Shown here piece by piece: positions 36,377 through 47,800 of a stretch of DNA of 64,000 nucleotides; within the stretch, counting starts at the first letter, position 1; each line of letters opens with the position of its first letter. The stretch is taken from positions 806,001-870,000 of the forward strand of contig NW_026262697.1 of assembly GCF_021869535.1 (NCBI RefSeq), read 5' to 3'. The stretch is from Mytilus californianus (lineage: Eukaryota). The notes under the pieces were generated by a model, which was not told the origin of the DNA, did no database searches, and saw nothing but the letters and a program-made list of their open reading frames with translations. The translations under genes were made by a program, and so were the position numbers.

Positions 36377-37657
36377 CTTACTTACTTACTTACTTAGTCC
36401 TTGCTATGCCTTATGGCACATAGGGCAAGGACAAGTTTACTCCACTCTTCTCTGTTGTTTGCTTTTTTTCCACTGTGCCCCAGGTATATCCTCTTTTCTT
36501 TAATTCATTTTCTATAGTGCGTCTCCATGTTGTTTAAGGTCTTCCTCTTTTTCTTTTTCCTTCTGGTGTCCATCTAAGGGCTACCTTGGTCATGTCTTCA
36601 GATGGTTTGCGTAGAACATGACCAAGCCACCTCCATCTCTTTTGTATCAGCAAAGTCTCCATGTCCTTGGTGTTGGTAATCTCATGTAAGTCTTTGTTGG
36701 AGATTTTGTTAGGCCAGAATATTTTCATAATCTTCCTCAGACATGTGTTATGGAAGCTTGAGAGTCTGTTGATGTCTTTATCAGTCATTCTCCAGCACTA
36801 TGAGCCATATAGGAGTACAGATAATACACAGCTGTTATATAGTCTGAGCTTGGTCTTCTTTGAAAAGGCTGTTGTTTTCCAGATGTTGCCTAATCTAGTG
36901 AATGCTGATCTAGCTTTTCCTATTCTGATCTTTATATCTCTTTCAGCACCACCTTCTGTTGTTATACAACTTCCTAGGGAATTAAATGAGTCTACTGTTT
37001 CCAGCTGTTTCCCTTCTACAAATATGACAGGGTGTCTCTCTGCGTTGAGGTACATTAACTTCGTCTTTTTGGCATTGATCTTAAGTCCAATCATTTTAGA
37101 ATTTTCTTCTAGCTTTTTGGTCTTCTCCTGCATATGATCTTCGGTATGCGATAAAAGTGCCAAATCATCAGCATAGTCTATGTCCTCAAGCGTGGTACAT
37201 AGTGTCCATCTCAGTCCGGTGTTACTTTCTGCTAGGGTTGTTCTCATTACACAATCAATGGCAATTATAAAAAGCACGGATGACATAACACATCCTTGCC
37301 TTACTCCTGATTTTACAAGGAAACTAGTGTCAGCTTCAGAGTTGATGGTACATGAGAAGTTTGTATAGAACTGCTTGATGAGTTGTACTATCTTACTCGG
37401 TATTCCATAGCTTCTCAAAATTTCCCAAAGACTTTCTCGGTGTAAGCTGTCAAAGGCTTTTTCGAAGTCCACAAAATTTACAAATAGTTTTCTCTGCCAC
37501 TCATAGCACTGTTCTAAGATTTTTCGTATGACAAATATGTGATCTGTGCAACCTCTACCTTTTCTGAAACCAGCTTGTTCTTGTCGTAGTTTCTTATCCA
37601 CAGCGTCTATGATTCTTGATATCAAAATTATGCAGAAGATCTTACTTGGAACGGATA
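36377..37657 (-). mobile_element. 5'-truncated RTE-clade LINE (RT C-terminal half), inactive
   Basis: Motifs QAGFRKGRGC.D, DFEKAFDS, GVRQGCVMS, YADD and RWTPEGKRKRGRP. In-frame stops at about 36798 and 36534. (TAAG)n 3' tail at 36377-36396. Confidence 0.93.
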
Positions 37658-37669
37658 GTATGGATTTAA

Positions 37670-38450
37670 TGTACGGATAACAAAATCAATATTTATACCC
37701 ATAAAAACAATATTCAACGATCTAATTACAGTGTTGAATTCGTAACCTTTTATAATAAGTTTATTAAAAGGACTGATAAGTTACCCCGGGACGTATCTAT
37801 ATTTCCGGCCTTGGTAAACAAAATCACCGTAAAAATTAGGATGTGCTATCCCGTTTGGAATAAGTTTTCTACAGGTACAACCACGAGAACGAGTTGGGTA
37901 TAAACACAGTAAGACGGTGCCCAAGGAACATCACCGTCCAGAAAAGGAAAATTAACCCTTCTGTCATAAATTTTTGTGTAGAGTTTCTCGTGAAAAACAG
38001 AAATATCTAAATGTAGGAAAGGATAGTTATTGCTGTTGATATTTGATTCATTTAAAGTACCTTTGAGTAAATTTCGGCAGTATATTTAGAGAATTCTTGA
38101 TTATTTAACGAAAACATTATCATCGAGAATTTATCAATTAAATGGAATTTAGACGGGTCTTTACTGAGTTTGGCGACACACTGTGATTCATAACAGTACA
38201 GGAACAAGTCTGATATTAAAGAGGAACAATTGGTGCCCATAGGAATACCTACAATCTGTCGATAAACTTTATTGCCGAAAAGTACATAAAAGTTGTCGAC
38301 GAGAAAATTTACAGCTTCAATCATCTCATCACACCTACAGTAAGTGTGTCTAGAATGTTTACCTTTCTCATTAGAGAAAAGGCTTTATATGAGTTGCAGC
38401 GCATAGATTTGCATAGATTTGCTATCAGATTTATCAAACAAAAATGTAAT
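37670..38450 (-). mobile_element. Decayed Penelope-like RT relic
   Basis: Minus-strand FLVDNFYVLFGNKVYRQIVGIPMGTNC..ISDLFLYCYE and, downstream, LDIS..KLYTKIYD..VNFPFLDGDVP.APSY, with frameshifts. Confidence 0.8.
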
Positions 38451-39379
38451 TAAATAAGAAGACTGTGTGGAAGTGTAGTATAAGTGCCTCCATATGATGA
38501 AGACATAATCTTTCAATCAGTTTAATTGAGGTCTGGAGCTGACATGTCAGTAACTGCTAGCAGTCCATTGTTAATTTATTTATCATTTATTTAGTTTCTT
38601 CGAATTCTGTTACCTATTCTAACATCGGATTCGGACTTTTTTTAAACTGAGTTTTACTGTGCGTGTTGCTGTGTGTTTGTTTATTCAACATTAGCTAGAG
38701 ATATAGGGGGAGGGTTGAGATCTCACAAAATATGTTTAACTCCGCCGCATTTTTGCGTCCTGTCCCAAGTCAGGAGCCTCTGGCCTTTGTTTATATGTTT
38801 TTTTAAATTTTGGTTCATTTATATGTTTCGGAGTTTAGTGTGACGTCCATTTTCGCTGAACTAGAACACATTTTTGTTTAGGGGCCAGCTGAAGCCCGCC
38901 TCCGGGTTCGGGATTTTCTCGTTGTGTTTAAGACCCATTGGTGTCCTTGGGATGTTTTCTTCTCTTTGGTCGGGTTGTTGTCTATTTGACACATTCCCCG
39001 TTTCCATTCTCAATTTTATAAAGAGTGGAAAAGTCAAACTTGACTGTAAACCGGATCAAAAGGACGTAATTAATCTTAAACATCCAAAGATTTTTTTAAA
39101 TCCAAAAATAGTTAATTCCACTATTTTCATATGTTTTATTACAAAAAGTTAATGATAAGTTAGTGATAAGTCCTTTGATAGTAGTTAGAAGCACTGAAAT
39201 ATTAGTTGTAAAGCCTTGAATTAAGCTATTTAATAATAAATTGGTCTGTAATTCACATCCTTGTTCTTTGGTCTTCAATGGAAAGCTGTCCCATTAGCAA
39301 TCATACAACGTTACATATTCTTATATGGAATATTCATATAAATTATTTGACTTTATAATTATAGCCGATGGACTATTAG

Positions 39380-40030
39380 CTTCTTTCGCCTATGATTTGT
39401 ATCATCCGTCATATGTTCTGGACTACTATCTTCACCTGCTATTCTTTGTATCATCCATCATGTGGTCTGGACTATTATCTTCTCTCACAATGGATTGTAA
39501 CATCCGTCATGTATTCTGGACTATTGGTTTCTCCTGCTAGGCTTTGTATCATCCGTCATGTGTCCTGGATTTGTAGCTTTTCCCGCTATGAATTGTATCA
39601 TCCGTCATGTTAACTGGATTATTAGCTTCTCCCGCTATGCTTTGTATCGCACGTCGTCTGTCCTGGACTATTATCTTTTCCCGCTATGAATTGTATCATC
39701 AGTCATGTGTCCTGGACTATTATCTTTTTCCGCTATGAATTGTATCATCCGTCATGTGTCCTGGAATTTTAGCGATTCCCACTTTGAATTGTATCAGCAG
39801 TCATGTGTCCCGGATTTTTAGCTTTTCCCGCTATGAATTGTATCATCAGTCATGTGTCCTGGATTTTTAGCTTTTCCCGCTATGAATTGTACTATCCGTC
39901 ATGTATCCTGAATTTTTAGATTTTCCCGCTATGTATTGAATCATCAGTCATGTGTCCTGGATTTTTAGCTTTTCCCGCTATGAATTGTATCCTCCGTCAC
40001 GGCATGTGCTTTGGACTATCAGATTCTCCC
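39380..40030. repeat. 49-bp minisatellite
   Basis: Unit tgaattgtatcatcagtcatgtgtcctggatttttagcttttcccgcta. Confidence 0.92.
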
Positions 40031-40624
40031 GCTCCGTCATGACATCCATCTAAAAGACCAAAACCAATGCACAAAATAAAACACAGAAAACTAAAGATTG
40101 AGAACCACGAACCCAACAAAAAAGAGGGAATTCACTCAGATGCATTCAAGTACTCCGAAAGTGTAAGTACTCCCTTCTGCTAGTCTGTCGTGTTGTTCAT
40201 GGGAAGTAAATGTTTGATGAAAAATTGCATGACTGCCAAACGCATTTATGTTGTTGAAAGTTGCATTTATGAGATGGTCATGAATGGCTTAATTTATGAT
40301 AATAATATTATTTTGTTGTTGTTGTTATGTTATCAAGGCTACCGTAACTGTCATAGCGACAGTTTATCACACATAAGCACCACTTATTTAAAATTTACTA
40401 CCCCATTTGACTCAGCGGTATGTATTCACCTTTGGTAAAAAAGCAAAATGAAATGAAGAGGATGAAACGGGGTGCTCATTTCCCAAATCCCGCTGTTTGT
40501 AATTTTTTCCCACTTTCCACTTTTTACTATTCTTTTTCCCAGATCCCTCTCTAGTTTACTCCCTATATCCCACATCCCACTTAATCCAAACTCCATGAAC
40601 GCATAACAAACTTATACTACAACA

Positions 40625-40990
40625 ACTCTTTATGATGACGTCATTTGGCTAAGAGGGATGCCATGACAGCCCATGCAACAACTCTTTCTGGTGACGTTTG
40701 TTTGGCTAAGGGGGATGTCACAACAGCCCATGCAACAACTCTTTCTGATGACTTCTGTTTGGTTAATGGGGATGCCATGACAGCCCATGCAATAACTTAT
40801 TCTGATGACGTCTGTTTGGCTAAGGGGGATGCCATGACAGCCCAAGCAACAAATCTTTCTGACGGACGTTTGTTTGGCTTAGGGGGATGCCATGACAGCC
40901 CATACAACACTCTTTCTGATGACGTCTGTTTGGTTAAGGGGGATGCCATGACAGCCCATGCAACATCTCTTTCTGATGACGTCTGTTTGG
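40625..40990. repeat. 57-bp minisatellite
   Basis: Unit tctgatgacgtctgtttggctaagggggatgccatgacagcccatgcaacaactctt. Confidence 0.92.
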
Positions 40991-42035
40991 GTATGTGGGA
41001 CGTACTCCAGACTCCATAAATGCATACAAACAGCCCATGCAACAAATCATGCTAATGGCGCCTGTTTGGGTATGTGGGACGTATTCCAGACTCCATGAAT
41101 GCATAGCAAATATCTCTTGCAACGTATCATGCTGATGGCGCCTGTTTAGTTATGTGGGACGTACTCCAGACTCCATGAATGCATACAAACAGCCCCTGCA
41201 ACGAATCATGCTGATGGCGCCTGTTTGGTTATGTGGGACGTATTCCAGACTCCATGAATGCATAGCAAACATCCCTTGCAACGAATCATGCTGATGGCGC
41301 CTGTTTAGTTATGTGGGACGTATTCCAGACTCCATGAATGCATACAAACAGCCCTTGCAACAAATCTTGCTGATGGCGCCTGTTTAGTTATGTGGGACGT
41401 ATTCCAGACTCCATGAATGCATAGCAAACATCCCGTGCAACGAATCATGCTGATGGCGCCTGTTTAGATATGTGGGACGTACTCCAGACTCCATGAATGC
41501 ATACAAACAGCCCCTGCAACGAATCATGCTGATGGCGCCTATTTGGTTATGTGGGACGTATTCCAGACTCCATGAATGCGTACATACAGCCCTTGCAACG
41601 AATCATGCTGATGGTGCCTGTTTGGTTATGTGGGACGTATTACAGACTCCATGAATGCATAGCAAACATCCCTTGCAACGAATCATGCTGATGGCGCCTG
41701 TTTAGTTATGTGGGACGTACTCCAGACTCCATGAATGCGTACAAACAGCCCTTGCAACGAATCATGCTGATGCCGCCTATTTGGTTATGTGGGACGTACT
41801 CCAGACTCCATGAATGCATACAAACAGCCCTTGCAACAAATCATGTTGATGGCGCCTGTTTAGTTATGTGGGACGTATTCCAGACTCCATGAACGCAGAC
41901 AAACAGCCCTTGCCACACATCATGCTGATGGCGCCTGTGTGGTTATGTGTGACGTATTCTAGACTCCATGAACGCATAGCAAACATCCCTTGCAACAAAT
42001 CTTGTTGACGGCGTCTGGTTGTCTATGTGGGACAT
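40975..42035. repeat. 79/80-bp minisatellite, abutting and related to the 57-bp array
   Basis: Unit ctgatggcgcctgtttggttatgtgggacgtattccagactccatgaatgcatacaaacagcccttgcaacgaatcatg. Confidence 0.95.
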
Positions 42036-42274
42036 ATTAAAACACAAATCGTATAATTGCCAAATGGAAAGAAAATTATTACCATACAATGAGGACGTGG
42101 TCCTCCATGCAAAGAGTTAGTAATACAGCTACTTACGCAAATCTTAGCCAGTGTATATAGACAGAGATACTTATACAAATCCCAGCCAGTATATATAGAC
42201 AGACATACTTATACAAATCCTAGCCAGACAGATAGTTATAAATGAAATCATCTTAGAAACCGGGATTATTTTTT

Positions 42275-42305
42275 TACGCCAGACGCGCGTTTCGTCTACA
42301 AAAGA
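42275..42305 (-). ncRNA. 3' half of a minimal type-I hammerhead ribozyme motif (truncated)
   Basis: Minus strand reads tcttttgtaga-c-GAAA-CGCGCG-TC-tggcgta: GAAA, a palindromic stem III and a GUC cleavage triplet. The CUGAUGA strand is absent. Confidence 0.55.
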
Positions 42306-42614
42306 TATAAGCTCGACACGATAACTGGTACTTGATCAGCTATACATGTAGTTTATAATCTTGTCGTGATTATATTTAATTCAATACACGATATAGCTTT
42401 CACTTGATTCTTTTATTTCATGTATTATATGTATGGTGTGGATTGAAATGTGTATTTTGTTTTAGCTCATTAAGTAATTATCGAAGGAATCAGTTTACGC
42501 GTTAAATATGTGTTATGAAAATAAAGAAGAAAACTACATCTCCAGCTCTATCTCCCATGAAAGGAACACGAAAACTGTATATGTATCTCTCACCAGAAGA
42601 GTACAAAACAATAT

Positions 42615-42963
42615 CTTTATTTTCATCCAGAAAGAGCACGAACACGACATCTCTATCTCGAATCAGAAAGAGCACGAAAACGATATCTCTATATCTAATC
42701 AGAAAGAGCACGAAACGATATTGTTATCTCTAATCAGAAAGAGCACTAAAATGATATCTCTCTATCTAATCAGAAAGTAAAGCACGAAAACGACATCTCT
42801 ATCTCTAATCAGAAAGTAAAGCACGAAAACGGCATCTGTATCTCTAATCAGAAAGAGCACGTAAACGACATCTTTATCTCTAATCAGAAGGAGCACGAAA
42901 AATGATATATCTATATCTAATCAGAAAGTAAAGCACGAAAACGATATCTCTATATCTAATCAG
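42615..42963. repeat. 36/39-bp minisatellite
   Basis: Unit aatcagaaag(taa)agcacgaaaacgatatctctatatct. Confidence 0.9.
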
Positions 42964-43750
42964 ATCAATGGAAGGACAAACATTACCACAGAAGCTATCA
43001 CAGGAAGGAGAGACATTACCTCAGAAAATGCCAATGGAAGGACAAACATAACCACAGAAGCTATCACAGGAAGGAGATACATTACCTCAGAAACTGTGAA
43101 TGGAAGGACAAACATTACCACAGAAGCTATCACAGGAAGGAGAGACATTACCTCAGAAACTGTGAATGGAAGGACAAACATTACCACAGAAGCTATCACA
43201 GGAAGGAGAGACATTACCTCAGAAACTGTGAATGGAAGGACGAACATTATAACAGAAGATGTCACTAGAAGGACAGACATTACCTCAGAAACTGTGAATG
43301 GAAGGACGAACATTATAACAGAAGATGTCACTAGAAGGACAGACATTACCTCAGAAACTGTCAATGGAAGGACGAACATAACTAGTATAACAGAAGATGT
43401 CACTGGATGGACAGACAATACCTAAGAAGCTGCCAGTTGCTACTGAAATGGTAGATTGACCTCAGATACATTTATACTGAAAGGACAGATATGATCTCAG
43501 ATACTGTCACTGAAATTACCAATATTACATCAGATAGCGTCTTTGAAATAACAGATATTACCTCATATAACGTCACTTGAAGGACAGACATTATCTCAGA
43601 AACTGTTAGTTGTCACAAAAATGACAGACATCATCTCAGAGATATCATGTACATATAGACTTGCATTCTCTCACAAACAGTCACTGGAATGACAGATTTA
43701 CTCAAAATGCCATCACTGGAAGGACTGATATTACCCAGAAACTTCCTGGA
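42964..43750. repeat. 66-bp (2x33) tandem repeat decaying into 33-bp relics
   Basis: Translates TVNGRTNITTEAITGRRDITSE. Downstream copies are degenerate and contain stops. Confidence 0.88.
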
Positions 43751-44129
43751 TACAGAAATTATATCAAAACCCTATTTACAGATGACTCGTGCACAGTCAT
43801 TTTGATTGAGGAATGAGATCACATTACATGAATCAAGCACACAGAAACAAAGTAAAAGTAAACCCATCTATAACATTGGCGCAGTTATATGCTTGTTTTA
43901 TTGGCGCAAATGAATCCTACAGTTTTCAAAATATAGTGGCGCAAACGAAGTATTGGCGCAATTAAATTGTGGCGCAAATGATTTTTTTTTTGGCGCAAAG
44001 GGATATCGGCCGCTGTTTTAATCCAGGTTTGATCCGAATGAGTTAATCCGGATTACATCTATGTACCGTGAACGTCTTAACGGGGGTGAACCCGGGTTAT
44101 ATTTACCTCTCATTTTAGTAGTAGTTAAT

Positions 44130-44812
44130 GTGGGGTTAACTCGGTTTAATTGCCTCGCCTTCTATATATGGACGTAACATGGAGTTAGTGTGGGGTGAAC
44201 GTGAACTCGGTTTAATTGCCTTCTTTATATGGACGTAACATGGAGTTAGTGTTGGGTGAACGTGAACTCGGTTTAATTGCCTTCTATATATGGACGTAAC
44301 ATGGAGTTACTGTGGGATGAACGTGAACTCGGTTAAATTGCCTTCTATAAAAAGACGTAATATGGAGTTAGTGTGGGGTGAACGTGAACTCTGTTTAATT
44401 GCCTTCTATATATGGATGTAACATGGAGTTAGTGTGGGGTGAACGTGAACTCTGTTTAATTGCCTTCTATATATGGATGTAACATGGAGCTAATGTGGGG
44501 TGAACGTGAACTCGGTTTAATTGCCTTCTATATATATTGACGTAACAATGAGTTAATGTGGGGTGAACGTGAACTCTGTTTAATTGCCTTCTATATATGG
44601 ACGTATCATGGAGTTAGTGTAGGGTGAACGTGAACTCGGTTTAATTGCCTCGCCTTCTATATATGGACGTAACATTGAGTTAGTGTGGGGTGAACGTGAA
44701 CTCGGTTTAATTGCCTTCTTTATATGGACGTAACATAGAGTTCATGTGGGCTGAACGTGAACTCGGTTTAATTGCCTCGCCTTCTATATATGGACGTAAC
44801 ATGGGAGTTAGT
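44130..44812. repeat. 61-bp minisatellite (about 11 units)
   Basis: Unit tatggacgtaacatggagttagtgtggggtgaacgtgaactcggtttaattgccttctata. Confidence 0.95.
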
Positions 44813-47800
44813 GTTAAGTTGTTTGCCTACTTCATTCGTAATTACAGAAGCTAGAAATTAAGTAAGTAAATTTTTTATTCAGCCATGCTGGATCTATGCG
44901 ATCACTCTGTTTTTGGAGATGGTGCAGAATACTAAGTTGAAGACATGTCATGAAACTAATTATGTGTTTTTATGACTTGCAGAAACTTTCTACACCATTT
45001 TAATCATCAACTGCCAACTGTTGACATGTTATTTGCCCTTAAATTAAGAAAAGATTGGTTGAACATCCCTTTTATTTTAGATATACACTTGCATATAGTT
45101 CCTTTGTAAATCAAAATTTATAATGATTTACTATTTATGAAATAAATTGAAAAAGTATTTTCACATCAATTGAATCAGTTGATAACAATTTTGAAAGTAT
45201 TATATTATTATCTTATGCTTGTGTAAGTTTTTGTTCTATGAAACTTAGGTCAACATGTGTGTTAATATATCTTAGTTGATTCCCACACTTTTTTTAAATG
45301 GTTTTACTCCAATTCTTTCCATAGGCAAGTAAGTGTCAGTATGATTATAAATTGTCATGATTTTCAAATAATTAAACTCAAAGGTGTAAGTATTGATTGG
45401 AAACAACACCAGTCTTAATTCACCACATTTAATATCTCATGACCTGTTACATAATTAAATAGGCACAATTTATTACACACCTAACTGAATACACACATTC
45501 TTGACCGCAATATTAAACCTACATATGTATTATTATTTATCTAAACTACATTAAAATATTCTGTTACTTTTGCTAGCTAGCTGAATGATTAATCAGACGT
45601 GGTTTTTTTCAAAGAAAAGACAAAAAATGTAAAATTATGTATAAAAAATGCAAGCAAATTTTATTTCACTTGTAAAATCAGTGTCATTATCATCTGACAT
45701 AAGTCAATATTCAAGATCTAATAAATTAGTTACAATTATCAGAAATTTGGTTGAAACAATAAACAAAATTGCTTAACTCTTACTTGAGCATTTTCTGCAA
45801 TAAAATTTATTTGTTTGTTCTACATTTATATCCCATTATATTGCTATTTAACAGTAATTGGAAATATCTCAGCATTAGGTATTTGTACATTTAAATTTGA
45901 ATACAGGAAATGTATTTTTTCTTAATGAAGAATGAACACCAATTTAGATAAAAATTAGTTATTATTTTTTTTCATTTTTGTCGTTGAGAAAGTGCATTTC
46001 CAAGACCTCTTTCTGGAAATGATTAAGCCAGTTATAATTAATGGCATATACAAAAATATATTACTTGTTTGACGATTTCCCTTTCCATTCTTGTCAATAC
46101 CATATAGAAATTTAACACTAAGATTGGAAATGAAAAGAGAAAAAAGTGTTGAAAAAAGTATGGTCAGAAAGAATATCAGACTAGTTATGAATATGGCTGG
46201 ATCACAAAATCGACGATGCTTTGATTAGTTAGAGCCGGCACATATGTGCAATCAACAATAAACATGAGGTTAAGATAGCTCCGACTATAACACATATAAA
46301 AAAACATCACAATAAAACAAGGTTTCAACTTATGCTAGTATAGAACACATATGTTTAAAAATGTTAGCACCTTTAATTATCACATAAGATTAGCACACAT
46401 AAGCATCAGATTGAAATAAAACCAACCATGGGTAAAAAGCACTTCTTAAATGGCATATAGGCACATAAATCATAATTTAGAACAGAGCAATGAGGTTATA
46501 GCAAATTTTAAAATTCACAACAAGCATATAGAAAGGCATACCAATAAGCATATAATGTTAAACAGTTAGCAAAATGTAAAGCAGAAATTAAAGAAAGCAG
46601 AAAAATAATTTAGCCGTGAGACAGCAGAGATAAGTATTTACAGGAACTGCAGAAGCAATAATGTCTACCATACCTTCTAAAAATGTAAATTTTAAAATGG
46701 TCAAATGATGCTATGTTTCTGGCCTCAATTTGTCAGTGTATTCCAAAGTCGCGCTGCCTTATATCTTAAAGAATTCTTACCATTCAGATCAAGGGGACGA
46801 AACACAAGAATCAGTGGTAAACCAAAAAATGCGGGTCTTACGTGGAACGCAGAGAAGACAAAAAAAACTAGCTATGTTTGGAGAGAACAAAACAGGAGAT
46901 TAATTCCATCCTGGTTGATGACACCGGTTCCCTACGAACCGATCAGGAATGCGGAAAAAAATATCAGATTTTGAAATGATGCAAAGTTCTGTGGTGTATA
47001 CAACGGGTAGATACGAGTAACAAATTTGGCGCATACTATTTTTAGGAGGTTTAGCTAGTTATAAAACCAGGTTTAACCAATCATTTTCTTCGGGAAATAC
47101 CTGTACCAAGTCAGGAAAATGACAGTTGCTTTTCATTCGGATCGATAACGTTTAATTTTGTCAGTTTTTATGGATTTCCCTTTTTACAGAGGATGACCTT
47201 GAGGTCACTCCGATGTTTTGCTATCGCCTAAATTTCCATTATGCAAATTAGTTTTGGGATTTCAACCGATCTATAAAAGTTATAGATCCGCGGTCATTAC
47301 AAGGGAAAAAAGTGCATTTTTATACCTGCGATTCCGTTCTCCGTTCGTACGATGTTTCATCAAAAAATGGAATCATTTCATTTGTTGATTTAGTACTGAA
47401 AATTTGACTGAATTATCTCCTTATTAAATACGGTTTTATATGTTTAATAGGTGTTTAAGAAAGAGGTCAGGTGCTCATGTTCATTCATAAAATTATCGTT
47501 CATTCATGAATTTATCGTAAAATCAAAATCACTACACAGGGTCACACAGGTTGTATACGTAGTCAAATGATTACCTGTATAGTATCTAAAAATAGACAAA
47601 CTTAACTGACTCCCCTTACTGTAGTGTGTGATAACATTTTGTGAGGGAATTCGATGTTTGCTATACCACTGTTCATTTCAACGCACTTTATGACGATACC
47701 ACTTTATCAATATGAATGAAATTTTTTGCAGTGTTTTAAGAAATAATTTTACTTTAAAATCGCGTATCATTTGTGAACTATTAAATGTTTTACAAGGACG

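Noticed and set aside
40860-41000. ctgatga motifs in the 57-bp satellite and at about 24018 as hammerhead cores
   Set aside because: There is no downstream stem II plus GAAA.
44835-44990. Possible 14-nt microexon (acag|aagctagaaattaa|gtaagt) and nearby acceptors
   Set aside because: No partner exons or recognisable protein. Such motifs arise by chance in AT-rich DNA.
46705-46974. 89-aa ORF
   Set aside because: No motif recognised. It lies in repeat-like sequence without splice support.
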